Positions 38,755-48,263 of a stretch of 64,000 nucleotides of DNA are shown here, piece by piece (positions within the stretch are counted from its first letter, which is position 1; each line of letters starts with the position of its first letter). Made by a program: the position numbers and the translations under genes. The notes below the pieces were generated by a model. The model searched no databases. It was not told the origin of the DNA and was given only the letters and a program-made list of their open reading frames with translations. This DNA comes from an uncultured Eubacteriales bacterium. GTDB taxonomy: Bacteria; Bacillota; Clostridia; Saccharofermentanales; UBA5734. The stretch spans positions 4,839 through 68,838 of the forward strand of contig CAILLO010000006.1 in NCBI GenBank assembly GCA_903835065.1. Direction: 5' to 3'.

Positions 38755-39749
38755 ACGGAACAACGCTCGCCGCCCCGCTCCGCCTCCGCGACCGGGTCGC
38801 GAAGAACCGCATCGTCCTGCCCCCCATGGTCGTCTGCGGGCTGCACCCGGACGGCCTCGTGAATGAAGACACGCTCGCGCATTACGAGCGATTCGCCGCC
38901 GGCGGCAGCGGCATCCTGATCCAGGAGGCGACCTGCGTCTCCCCCGACGGCCGGCTCGCGGATCCGCAGCTCGGCCTTTGGAGCGACGACCGGCTCGACG
39001 GACAGAAGCGACTCGTCGACCGCTGCCGCCCCCACGGCCCCCTCTACCTCGTCCAGATCCACCACGCCCGGGTCGTCGGCCGCGAGCTCGGGACGGCCGA
39101 GGTGGAGCGCATCCGCGACGACTTCACGGAAGCCGCGGTCCGCGCCGAGAAGGCCGGCGCCGACGGCGTCGAGCTCCACGGCGCGCACGGGTACCTTTTG
39201 TGCGCCTTCATGAACCCGCGCGTCAACGTCCGGACGGACCGCTACGGCGACCCGATGGCCCTCGTGGACGAGATCTACCGGGCCATCCGCCAGCGCACGC
39301 GCCCCGGCTTCCTGGTCACGATCCGCGTCGGCGCCGACAACCCGGACCTCGACACCGGCATCGCCCGCAGCCGGGCGCTCGAAGCGCTGGGGTTCGACCT
39401 TCTGAGCATCTCCTCGGGCATGACGAAGCCTGAGGACCCGAAGCTCGCGGTGCCGGACGATTTCCCGTTCTCGGCGCTCGCCTGGCGCGGCTGCGAGGTG
39501 AAGAAGCGCGTGTCGGCACCGGTCGTCGCTGTCGGACAGCTGGACGACCCCGCGAAGGCGGCGCGGCTCGTGGAAGGCGGCTTCGCGGATTTCGCGGCCG
39601 TCGGGCGCGGGCAGCTGGTCGACCCCGAATGGGCGAAGAAGGTGCTGGCCGGCGAGCCGGTGCACCCCTGCCAGAACTGCAGCCCGTGCCGCTGGTTCCG
39701 TCACCACGAGAACTGCCCCGGACGCAAGCTCGCCGAGGGCAGGGACTAG
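38751..39749 (+). CDS. Old Yellow Enzyme family NADH:flavin oxidoreductase
   Basis: OYE blocks (RIVLPPM, HGAHGYLLCAF, SGM...). GTG start overlapping the stop of the upstream gene. Confidence 0.85.
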   Translation: MNGTTLAAPLRLRDRVAKNRIVLPPMVVCGLHPDGLVNEDTLAHYERFAAGGSGILIQEATCVSPDGRLADPQLGLWSDDRLDGQKRLVDRCRPHGPLYLVQIHHARVVGRELGTAEVERIRDDFTEAAVRAEKAGADGVELHGAHGYLLCAFMNPRVNVRTDRYGDPMALVDEIYRAIRQRTRPGFLVTIRVGADNPDLDTGIARSRALEALGFDLLSISSGMTKPEDPKLAVPDDFPFSALAWRGCEVKKRVSAPVVAVGQLDDPAKAARLVEGGFADFAAVGRGQLVDPEWAKKVLAGEPVHPCQNCSPCRWFRHHENCPGRKLAEGRD

Positions 39750-39767
39750 CCTGGAGCCGGCCCATGG

Positions 39768-41603
39768 CTAGCCCGGAGCGGCCAGCCCCTCTTCCCGCAG
39801 GCGGCGGACGAGGCGGGCCATCAGCCCGAACCGCGAGAACGGCGTGACGAGGAACCAGCCCGCGACATCCGGTCCGCAGGCGCGCGCCCCGGCGACGGCG
39901 GCCTCGAGCCCCGCCTCCTCGGCCTCCTCGCGCGTCATGTCGGCGCGGAACCGGGCGATCGCGTCGTCCGGCAGCGAGATGCCGGGCACTTCATTGTGGA
40001 GGAACAGGGCGTTGCGCAGCCCGACGGGCGGCAGTAGCCCCGCATGCACGGGTACGGCGAAGGTGCGGGCGAGTTCGGCCGTGAAGTCGGCGGACGTCCC
40101 TTCGTAGACCGGCTGGGTGAACAGGAACCCCGCCCCCGCCTCGATTTTGCGCGCCGTCCTGGCGATTTCCGCCTTCCGGTTGGGGAGGTGGACGCCGACG
40201 GCCGCGCCGGCGACGATCGGGTCCTTCCCGAAGACGGAGCGGCCCATCTCGGCGACCAGTTCCAGCAACCCCCGCGAATTCAGGTTGAACACCGGCTTCA
40301 CGTCCATCGCCACGCCCTCGGGCAGTGGGTCGCCAGTCACGCACAGGACACGGCGGATGCCCTCGGCGTGGGCACCGAGCAGCAGCGAGCGCAGCGCGTT
40401 GAGGTTGCGGTCGCGGCAGCAAAGGTGGGGAATCGCGACGACACCGGTCTCGCGCTGGATGCGGGCCGCTAGGAGAACCGGGTCGAGCCGGGCGCGGCCC
40501 ATGGGGGAGTCCGCGACGCTGAAGGCCGAGACGCCCTCCGCGGCGAGGAGGCGCGCACCCTCGAGCAGCTTGCCGAGATCGGCGTCGAAGGGCGGGTCGA
40601 TCTCGACGGAGACCGGCCTGCCGGAGCGGTGGGCGAGCGAGGGGGCTGGCGGGACGGGAGCCGGCGCGGACGAGAGGCGCCGGGGCTCGGCGGGCCGGTG
40701 CGGGGCGGCGGGTCTGTCCTGGACCGTGCCGTCCTTCAACGCCTGCAATCGGAGGTCGAGACACCGGACATGCTCGGGGGTCGTGCCGCAGCAGCCGCCC
40801 AGGACCCGCGCACCGAAAGCGGGGGCGCGGAGGACGGTCTCGGCGAAGTACACCGGGTTGCGGCGGAAGACCGTTCGCTCCTCGACGCGTACGGGATAGC
40901 CCGAATTGGGGAGGAAAAAGCGCACGGCGCCTTGCGGCAGGCCGGACAGCACCTCGAGCAGATGCGACGGACCGCTGCCGCAGTTGAGGCCGAGGGCGTC
41001 GACGGACGGCTCGTCGCGCAGTTCGCGCTCGATTGCGGCGAAGGGGCGGCCCCTGCGGGTGAGCCCGTCCTGCAGGACGGAGAAGGAGGCGACGACGAAG
41101 GCGTCCGGACGGCGGCTCTTGACGCGGCGCGCCGCCTGCAGAAGGTCGGCCGTCTCGGAGAAGGTCTCGAAGAAGAAGAAGTCCGCGCCGGCGTCGAGGT
41201 GGGCGTCGACGGCTTCGGCCAGCAGGGAGGCGCGGGCCTCGCCGGGGGCGACCGCGTCGGAGGAGGCGTCGGCCGGGACGGGGCCGACCGAGGCGGCGAC
41301 GAGGACGTCGGGGCGGCCCGCGGCGGCGGCGCGCGCTGCGGCGTGTCCGGCGGCGACGACCTGCCGGACCGTGGCGGCTTCAACGCGGAGGGAGGTGCGG
41401 TTGGCCGCGAAGGTGTTGGTGCGCAGCAGGCGGGCGCCGGCATCGAGGTACTCGCGGTGGATCGAGACGACGAGCGCCGGATCGGAGAGGTTCGCGAGCT
41501 CGCAGCGCATTTCGTCGTCGCCGGTCCGCTCCGCGAACCAGGTCCCCATCGCACCGTCGGCGAGGAGAGGGGAAGGGAGGGCGAGAAGGTCGTGCGCTTT
41601 CAT
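39768..41603 (-). CDS. yitJ: Bifunctional homocysteine S-methyltransferase / 5,10-methylenetetrahydrofolate reductase (YitJ-like)
   Basis: 611 aa. The N-terminal Hcy-binding methyltransferase domain has a GCCGTTPEH zinc-site motif. The C-terminal half is MetF-like (MTHFR). Architecture and length match Bacillus YitJ. Confidence 0.85.
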   Translation of the reverse strand: MKAHDLLALPSPLLADGAMGTWFAERTGDDEMRCELANLSDPALVVSIHREYLDAGARLLRTNTFAANRTSLRVEAATVRQVVAAGHAAARAAAAGRPDVLVAASVGPVPADASSDAVAPGEARASLLAEAVDAHLDAGADFFFFETFSETADLLQAARRVKSRRPDAFVVASFSVLQDGLTRRGRPFAAIERELRDEPSVDALGLNCGSGPSHLLEVLSGLPQGAVRFFLPNSGYPVRVEERTVFRRNPVYFAETVLRAPAFGARVLGGCCGTTPEHVRCLDLRLQALKDGTVQDRPAAPHRPAEPRRLSSAPAPVPPAPSLAHRSGRPVSVEIDPPFDADLGKLLEGARLLAAEGVSAFSVADSPMGRARLDPVLLAARIQRETGVVAIPHLCCRDRNLNALRSLLLGAHAEGIRRVLCVTGDPLPEGVAMDVKPVFNLNSRGLLELVAEMGRSVFGKDPIVAGAAVGVHLPNRKAEIARTARKIEAGAGFLFTQPVYEGTSADFTAELARTFAVPVHAGLLPPVGLRNALFLHNEVPGISLPDDAIARFRADMTREEAEEAGLEAAVAGARACGPDVAGWFLVTPFSRFGLMARLVRRLREEGLAAPG

Positions 41604-41706
41604 GCGGCTACTATATCAAAAATCCGGGGGAAGGGGGACGTTTCGGGAGTTCGTCGCGCTGAGCCGCGCTTCTGATGATAAGATGGGAAAAAAGGGGGAC
41701 AAGGGC

Positions 41707-42702
41707 ATGCGTTTCGACGAACTGACCCAGCTGACCGGCGTGAGCGGATACGAATCGACGGTGCGCGAGAAGATCGCCGCCGACGTCCGGGGGTTCGCCG
41801 ATGAACTCACCGTCGACGCGATCGGCAACCTGATCGCCTTCCGGAAGGGCTCCGGTACCGCGAAGCGGCGCGTGATGCTCGCCGCGCACATGGACGAGAT
41901 CGGCTTCCAGGTGATCAAGGTGCTGGAGGACGGCCTCCTGATGATCAAGACGCTGGGGCACTCGTTCCTCCACGTGGCCTACGGCTCCCGCATCCGGTTC
42001 CGCAACGGGACGACCGGCGTCGTGTCCAGCCGCGTTCCGGCCGAGAAGCTGGGCAAGGACTTCACGGACCTGTTCGTCGATATCGGGGCGAACTCGAAGG
42101 AGGAGGCCCTGAAGCACGTCGACGTCGGGGACGTCGCCTGCTACGTGGGCGACTTCACGCCGCTGGTCGGCCGGACCGTGGTCTCCAAGGCCGTGGACGA
42201 CCGCGTCGGGTGCTACATGATGATGGAGACGATGAAGCGCTGGCCGAAGCCCTACCACGACGTGTACTACGTGTTCTCCGTCCAGGAGGAGGTCGGCTGC
42301 CGCGGCGCGAAGGTCGCCGCCTCGACGATCCGCCCCGACATCGGGATCGCCGTCGACGTCACGCCCCACCACGACCGACCGGGCGACCTCGAAGGCAGCA
42401 ACCGGCAGGGCAAGGGCATCGCGGTCAAGATCTCCGATACGTCCGTGATCTGCGACGAGGGCCTGTGCGCGCACCTGTTCGACCTGTGCCGCCGGGACGG
42501 GATCCCCTTCCAGAAGGAGGTCCTCTATGTCGGCGGCTGCGACGCGAGCGCGATGAACCTGTCCTGGGAGGGCGTCCGCGTGGGCGCCGTCTCCGTCGTC
42601 ACGCGCTACACGCACGGACCCGGCTGCCTGGTCGACCTCGACGACGTCGAGGCGGGCATCCGGTTGCTCGGCGCGCTGGCGGGCGAGGAGATCCGGCTTT
42701 GA
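41707..42702 (+). CDS. M42 family metallopeptidase (glutamyl aminopeptidase / FrvX/YsdC-like)
   Basis: An N-terminal GVSGYE motif, AAHMDEIGF and VQEEVGCRGA blocks typical of M42. Confidence 0.8.
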   Translation: MRFDELTQLTGVSGYESTVREKIAADVRGFADELTVDAIGNLIAFRKGSGTAKRRVMLAAHMDEIGFQVIKVLEDGLLMIKTLGHSFLHVAYGSRIRFRNGTTGVVSSRVPAEKLGKDFTDLFVDIGANSKEEALKHVDVGDVACYVGDFTPLVGRTVVSKAVDDRVGCYMMMETMKRWPKPYHDVYYVFSVQEEVGCRGAKVAASTIRPDIGIAVDVTPHHDRPGDLEGSNRQGKGIAVKISDTSVICDEGLCAHLFDLCRRDGIPFQKEVLYVGGCDASAMNLSWEGVRVGAVSVVTRYTHGPGCLVDLDDVEAGIRLLGALAGEEIRL

Positions 42703-44624
42703 AATGGCCCTATGAGAACGCCGTCGGCGCGACGGAGACCCTGTCCTGCGACGTCCTGGTCCTCGGCGGCGGCATCGCCGGCTGCTGGGCCGCGATCGCG
42801 GCGGCGCGCAAGGGCGCGTCGGTCGTGCTGCTCGAAAAGGGCGCGACGATGCGCAGCGGCTCGGCCGGCAGCGGATGCGACCACTGGGAGAGCGCCGCGA
42901 CCAACCCCGGTTCGACGGTGTCGCCCGAAGAACTGACCGCGGCGGTCCTGGACGACCAGGACGGCTACAACAACGGCATTTCGCACTACATCGAGAGCCG
43001 CGAGGGATACGACCGGATCCTTGACCTCGAGCGCTTCGGCGGCAAGGTGCGTGACACCGCGGACGAGTTCGCGGGCGCCCGGTTCCGCGACGAGGCGACG
43101 AAGTTCCTGTACGCGTACGACGACCGCGCCCGGACGACGCTGCGCGTCTGGGGCACGACCTTCAAGCCCGCCCTGTACCGCGAGTGCCGCCGCCTCGGCG
43201 TGAAGGCGCTCGACCGCACGGCGGCGACGTCGCTGCTCGTCTCCGAGGCCGGCGGCGTCCGTCGCGGCGCGGGGGCGACGGCGGTGAACGCGCGGACCGG
43301 GAAGTTCCTCGTGTGCCGCGCGAAGACGACCGTGCTGTGCATGTCCCGTCCGGCGCGGATCTGGCTGTTCCACCCCGACCTCGTCGGGTTGTCCGAGTTC
43401 CGCCCGCCGCAGTGCGTGGGCAACGGGCACGCGATGGGCTGGCGCGCCGGCCTCGATTTCACCATGATGGAGAAATCCGTCCCCGCCGAGTTCTCGGCCG
43501 CGGGCCGGAGCTTCCCGCCGTATTCCACCGGCAACAACCACAACACATGGTTCCCCGCCACGATCGTCGACGCGGACGGCCGCGAGGTCCCCTACCTCGA
43601 CCGCGACGGCCGCGAACTGCGCACCTACGAAGAACGCTTCCAGCCCGCGCCGGGCCAGAAGTTCTTCCTGATGGGCGGAGGCGTCGACGCCCCCAAGTAC
43701 GCCTACCGCGGACCCGAGGTCCCCGACTTCGGCGAGTTGCTCGAACGCGGCTACCGGCCGCCGTTCTACGCGGATCTCAGCCGCCTGCCCGAACTGGAAC
43801 GCAGGGCGATCTGGGGGCTCATGGTCGGTCAGGAGGGCAAGACCCAGGTCCCCGTGCTCGCCGAGTTCACCGGCCGCGGGTTCGACCCCGCGAAGCACCG
43901 GCTGCAGAGCTACGGCTCGGGCTGGAAGTCCGCGTCGTTCCTGCCCCAGGAGCGCCAGCTGTTCGGCCTGCCGGGCGGCCTGCTGCACGACTGGGACCTG
44001 CGCACCTGCCTCGAGGGCGTGTATGCCGCCGGCGACCAGCTGTTCGCGTCGAACTGCATGGGTCACGCCGCAGCGACCGGCCACTATGCGGGCCGCCACG
44101 CGGCCGACGCGGCGCGCGCGACGGACCTGCCCGCGTACGACGAAGCGGAGGCCGCCCGCGAGCAGGCCCGCGTCCTCGCCCCGCTCGGGTCGGACGGCGA
44201 CCTGGGCTGGAAGGAGCTGAACATGGGCATCGCCAAGGCCATGCAGCTCTACTGCGGCGACCGCAAGCACGAGGAGACGCTGCGCCAGGGGCTCGCCCTG
44301 CTCGGCGAATACGAGCGCGAACAGGTGCCGCAGCTGCACTGCGACAACCCGCACGACCTGATGCGCACGCTCGAGACGATCGACGTGCTGGCCGTGTCCC
44401 AGCTGATCCTGCACGCCTCGCTGGCCCGCCGGTCCTCGTCGCGCGCCCTGTGCTTCGACCGCGTGGACTACCCCGAGGTCGACCCCGAAGCCGACCGGAA
44501 GTTCTTCACGATCCGCCGCGAGGGCGGCGAAGTCCGGACCGGCGCCCTTCCGCTCGACTTCCACGGCGACCTGGCCGCGAACTATGCCCGCCACAACCGG
44601 GCGGACGGGGAGGATGCGCGATGA
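42699..44624 (+). CDS. FAD-dependent oxidoreductase, succinate dehydrogenase/fumarate reductase flavoprotein superfamily (AprA-like)
   Basis: N-terminal dinucleotide-binding motif VLVLGGGIAGCWAAIAAA. About 640 aa. No signal peptide. Probable TTG start overlapping the M42 stop. Confidence 0.7.
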   Translation: MKWPYENAVGATETLSCDVLVLGGGIAGCWAAIAAARKGASVVLLEKGATMRSGSAGSGCDHWESAATNPGSTVSPEELTAAVLDDQDGYNNGISHYIESREGYDRILDLERFGGKVRDTADEFAGARFRDEATKFLYAYDDRARTTLRVWGTTFKPALYRECRRLGVKALDRTAATSLLVSEAGGVRRGAGATAVNARTGKFLVCRAKTTVLCMSRPARIWLFHPDLVGLSEFRPPQCVGNGHAMGWRAGLDFTMMEKSVPAEFSAAGRSFPPYSTGNNHNTWFPATIVDADGREVPYLDRDGRELRTYEERFQPAPGQKFFLMGGGVDAPKYAYRGPEVPDFGELLERGYRPPFYADLSRLPELERRAIWGLMVGQEGKTQVPVLAEFTGRGFDPAKHRLQSYGSGWKSASFLPQERQLFGLPGGLLHDWDLRTCLEGVYAAGDQLFASNCMGHAAATGHYAGRHAADAARATDLPAYDEAEAAREQARVLAPLGSDGDLGWKELNMGIAKAMQLYCGDRKHEETLRQGLALLGEYEREQVPQLHCDNPHDLMRTLETIDVLAVSQLILHASLARRSSSRALCFDRVDYPEVDPEADRKFFTIRREGGEVRTGALPLDFHGDLAANYARHNRADGEDAR

Positions 44625-44944
44625 GCGGAGACGTGAACCGCAACGGGACCGACGGCGCGACGAACGGCCTGCGCGCCGAGGTCGTGCCCTGCAGCGCACG
44701 GCCGATCCGGTTCGACCCGGCGAAGTGCAACGGGTGCAACCGGTGCCTCGAGGCATGCCAGGTGGACGTGTTCCTCCCGAACCCCGAGAAGGGGAGCCCG
44801 CCGCTCGTCGTCTGGCCGGGCGAATGCTGGTACTGCGGCAGCTGCGTGCAGGAATGCCCGCGGCCCGGCGCGATCGCCCTCTCGCACCCGCTGATGAACC
44901 GCACCCGCTTCGTGCCCGTCGGATCTTCGGACTCCCAAGACTAG
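44621..44944 (+). CDS. 4Fe-4S dicluster ferredoxin partner of the FAD oxidoreductase
   Basis: CNGCNRCLEAC and CGSCVQECP cluster motifs. ATGA overlap with the flavoprotein stop. 107 aa. Confidence 0.75.
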   Translation: MSGDVNRNGTDGATNGLRAEVVPCSARPIRFDPAKCNGCNRCLEACQVDVFLPNPEKGSPPLVVWPGECWYCGSCVQECPRPGAIALSHPLMNRTRFVPVGSSDSQD

Positions 44945-45134
44945 TCGAGCGGTTTCCGGACCGGGCGAACGACCGCAGCGCAGTGATGCGTTCTCTTGTC
45001 CATTCTTCTCGTCCCTCCTTCTCCTGTCCTTCCCCTATGGACTCCTCCTCTTCCCTTTGAGAGATTTACTCCATGTCCCGGCCGACCCTGGAAGGCTAGG
45101 ATGGATGTATCTGCCTCGAAAGGAAGGAATACTC

Positions 45135-45902
45135 ATGAGTATGATCAAGGAATGCAGGACCGATTTTCTGAACTTGCAGGTCCACGATACGCGCACTTCG
45201 ATGGGGGAGACCGCCGCCCGTGCCGTCGCCGCGAAGATCCGCGAGATCCTGGCGGAGCGGGATGAAGTGAACATGGTCTTCGCTTCTGCACCTTCGCAGG
45301 ACGAGTTCCTGCAGGCGCTTCGACAAGATGGCACGATTCCGTGGAATCGGATCCACGCCTTCCACATGGACGAGTACATCGGGCTGCCGGCCGACGCTCC
45401 GCAGGGGTTCGGCAACTTCATCCGCGCGCGTCTATGGGGACACGTGCCCTTGAAATCCGCCAACTACCTCGACGGCTCCGGACGGGACGTCGAGGGCGAG
45501 TGCCGGCGATACGCGGACCTGCTCCGCACGCACCCCATCGACATCGTCTGCTTCGGGATCGGCGAGAACGGGCATCTCGCGTTCAACGACCCGCCGGTCG
45601 CCGATTTCGCCGACCCGAAGGCCGTGAAGCGCGTCGAACTCGAGGAGGCGTGCCGGCTGCAGCAGGTCCACGACGGCTGCTTCGCCGCGCTGGACCAGGT
45701 GCCCCGCTCCGCGATCACGCTCACGATTCCGGCACTCGTCTCGGGGCGCTTCCTGTACGGCATGGTGCCGGGACGGACGAAGGCCGTCGCCGTGCGCCGC
45801 ACGATGACGGATCCTGTATGGACGGCCTGCCCGTCGACGATCCTGCGCGGACACCGCGACGCCCGCCTGTACGTCGACCGCGAGAGCGCCTCCCTGCTCT
45901 GA
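45135..45902 (+). CDS. nagB: Glucosamine-6-phosphate deaminase/isomerase (NagB) / 6-phosphogluconolactonase family
   Basis: A GIGENGHLAFNDP catalytic-site block. About 255 aa. Start at ATG 45135 after an AAGGAAGGAA RBS. Confidence 0.75.
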   Translation: MSMIKECRTDFLNLQVHDTRTSMGETAARAVAAKIREILAERDEVNMVFASAPSQDEFLQALRQDGTIPWNRIHAFHMDEYIGLPADAPQGFGNFIRARLWGHVPLKSANYLDGSGRDVEGECRRYADLLRTHPIDIVCFGIGENGHLAFNDPPVADFADPKAVKRVELEEACRLQQVHDGCFAALDQVPRSAITLTIPALVSGRFLYGMVPGRTKAVAVRRTMTDPVWTACPSTILRGHRDARLYVDRESASLL

Positions 45903-46078
45903 ATCCGCCCGCGACTGCGAGAAGAGGGCCAGGACGTCCGCTTCGGGCCTCCTGCCCTCACGAGACGCTCACGGCGCCACCTCCGTGCGTGCTACAATGA
46001 GGTCGAATCCATGGAAGGCCGGCGGCGGAAGGCCGCGGCGCCCGTGGACCCGGCAAGGCCGGGAAGAGAGGGTTCCAG

Positions 46079-48106
46079 ATGGATCCGCTGACCTACGTCA
46101 TCATCGGCGTCGTCGCCCTGGTCGTCCTGTATATCCTGCTCGGATTCCGGATCATCCCCAACAGCAAGATCGCGATCGTCGAGAAGTGGTGGTCCCTGAA
46201 GGGGTCGCTGAACGAGCAGATCATCGCCCTCCACGGCGAAGCGGGCTTCCAGCCGCAGGTGATCCGCGGTGGCTTCCACGTCCTGTCGCCGCTCATGTAC
46301 AAGGTCCATATCTGCCCGCTCGTCACCGTCCCGCAGGGACAGATCGCCTACGTGTTCGCTCGCGACGGCAAGCCCCTGGAGCCGATCCAGACGCTCGGCA
46401 AGGTGATTCCGGAAGGCAGCAACTTCCAGAACGCCCGCGGCTTCCTCGAGAACGGCGGCCAGAAGGGCCCGCAGCGCGGCATCATCCGGGAAGGCACGTA
46501 CGCCTTCCACCTCGCGCAGTTCATCATCATCACCGAGGACCGCACCTACTACCTGCCGATGGGCACCAACGCCGAAGAGGCCTCGATCCAGAAGATGGCC
46601 GTGCTCCTCAAGGAGCGCGACGGCTTCCGGCCGATCGTGATCAAGGGCAACGAGGACCGCGTCGGCATCGTGACCGTCCACGACGGTCTGTCGCTCAACC
46701 GCGAGGACATCATCGCCCCCGCCGTCGGCGATGACCCGTCCAGACCGGAGACCTACCACAACAACTTCCAGGACCCCGAGAAGTTCCTGAAGGCCGGCGG
46801 CTACCGCGGCCGCCAGTACCAGGTGCTGGTCGAGGGCACGTACTTCGTCAACCGATTCTTCGCCACGGTCGAACTGATCGAGAAGACCTTCGTGGACGTC
46901 GGCTACGTCGGCGTCGTCGTGTCGTACATCGGCCCGAAGGGCACCGATTCGACCGGCGAGGACTACAAGCACGGCGAGCTGGTCGAGAAGGGCGCGCGAG
47001 GCGTCTGGCAGGACCCGCTGATGCCCGGCAAGTACGCCTTCAACACCTATGCCGGCAAGATCATCCGCGTCCCCACCACCAACATCATCCTCAAGTGGAT
47101 CAGCAACCAGTCCGGCGCGCACCTCTTCGACGAGAACCTCAAGGAGGTCAGCCTGATCACCAAGGACGCCTTCGAACCGTCGCTGCCGCTGTCGGTCGTC
47201 ATGCACATCGACTACAAGAAGGCCCCGCTCGTGATCCAGCGCTTCGGCGACATCAAGATGCTCGTCGACCAGACGCTCGACCCGATGGTCTCCGCGTACT
47301 TCAAGAACATCGGCCAGACCAAGACGCTGATCCAGATCATCCAGGAGCGCAGCGAGATCCAGGCCCGGTCCTCCGCGGAGATGAAGGTCAAGTTCGAGCA
47401 CTACAACCTCGAGCTCGAGGAGGTCCTGATCGGCACGCCCGCGGCCTCGGCCAACGACAACAAGATCGAGATCATCCTCGCGCAGCTCCGCGACCGGCAG
47501 ATCGCCGTCGAACGCATCGAGACCTACACGCAGCAGGAGCGCGCGGCCGGCAAGGAGAAGGAGCTCCGCCAGGCGGAGGCCAAGGCGAAGCAGCAGACGA
47601 TCCTGACCGAGTCGGACATCAACATCGAGATCCAGGGCAACCAGGGCAAGGCCGACTACCAGCGCTCGCTGCAGGAAGCCGCCAAGATCAAGGCGATCGC
47701 CGAGGCGGAAGCCGAGAAGGAGGCCCGCGTCGGCATCGGCAAGGCCATCGCGATCCAGGAGCAGGTCAACGCCTACGGCGGCCCGCAGTACCAGGTCGTC
47801 CAGGACGTCATGACCAAGTTCACGGCCGCGATCCAGCAGTCGAAGATCGACATCGTCCCCAAGACCGTCGTCAACATGGGCGGCGGCCAGGGCCAGGGCA
47901 TGGGCAGTTCGGTGAACGCGTTCGAGATGCTGCTGGGCCTGCTGATCAGCAACAAGCTGGGCGTCGACTTCACGAGCGGCGCCGCGACCGAGGAGGACCT
48001 GCGCGTCAAGGAGCTCAAGGCTTCGATCATGAAGGCCATGGAGCAGAAGGTCGCTCCGCCAGTGGAAGTGCCCGAGTCCGCGAAGTCCAGCGAGCCGAAG
48101 AAGTAG
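46079..48106 (+). CDS. Flotillin-family SPFH/band-7 protein (FloT/YqiK-like)
   Basis: N-terminal TM, an SPFH domain, then a long EA/KA-rich coiled-coil flotillin repeat region (AEAKAKQQ..., AEAEAEKEAR). 675 aa. TACAAT -10 upstream. Confidence 0.85.
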   Translation: MDPLTYVIIGVVALVVLYILLGFRIIPNSKIAIVEKWWSLKGSLNEQIIALHGEAGFQPQVIRGGFHVLSPLMYKVHICPLVTVPQGQIAYVFARDGKPLEPIQTLGKVIPEGSNFQNARGFLENGGQKGPQRGIIREGTYAFHLAQFIIITEDRTYYLPMGTNAEEASIQKMAVLLKERDGFRPIVIKGNEDRVGIVTVHDGLSLNREDIIAPAVGDDPSRPETYHNNFQDPEKFLKAGGYRGRQYQVLVEGTYFVNRFFATVELIEKTFVDVGYVGVVVSYIGPKGTDSTGEDYKHGELVEKGARGVWQDPLMPGKYAFNTYAGKIIRVPTTNIILKWISNQSGAHLFDENLKEVSLITKDAFEPSLPLSVVMHIDYKKAPLVIQRFGDIKMLVDQTLDPMVSAYFKNIGQTKTLIQIIQERSEIQARSSAEMKVKFEHYNLELEEVLIGTPAASANDNKIEIILAQLRDRQIAVERIETYTQQERAAGKEKELRQAEAKAKQQTILTESDINIEIQGNQGKADYQRSLQEAAKIKAIAEAEAEKEARVGIGKAIAIQEQVNAYGGPQYQVVQDVMTKFTAAIQQSKIDIVPKTVVNMGGGQGQGMGSSVNAFEMLLGLLISNKLGVDFTSGAATEEDLRVKELKASIMKAMEQKVAPPVEVPESAKSSEPKK

Positions 48107-48263
48107 CGGATCGGCGGGTCCGCAGCCCGGATGCGGCCCGGGAGGGGGTCCAAGCGCCTCACCTGGCCTTTCGTCGGGGGTTCCTGGATACAATTTGCAC
48201 GAGCGTTGTGATAGGCTTGGGTATGCCGCGCAGCGGCTGGGTGCTCGCGAGGGAGGTCGGACC

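Noticed and set aside
41604-41706. Possible S-box (SAM-I) riboswitch upstream of the yitJ-like gene
   Set aside because: The divergent intergenic space is about 100 bp, too short for a SAM-I aptamer plus promoter. No conserved S-box elements were recognisable by eye.
48106-48263. Hairpin GGGTCCGCAGCCCGGATGCGGCCCGG downstream of the flotillin gene as an intrinsic terminator
   Set aside because: The stem is imperfect and there is no U-tract. It may still terminate transcription, but the evidence is weak.
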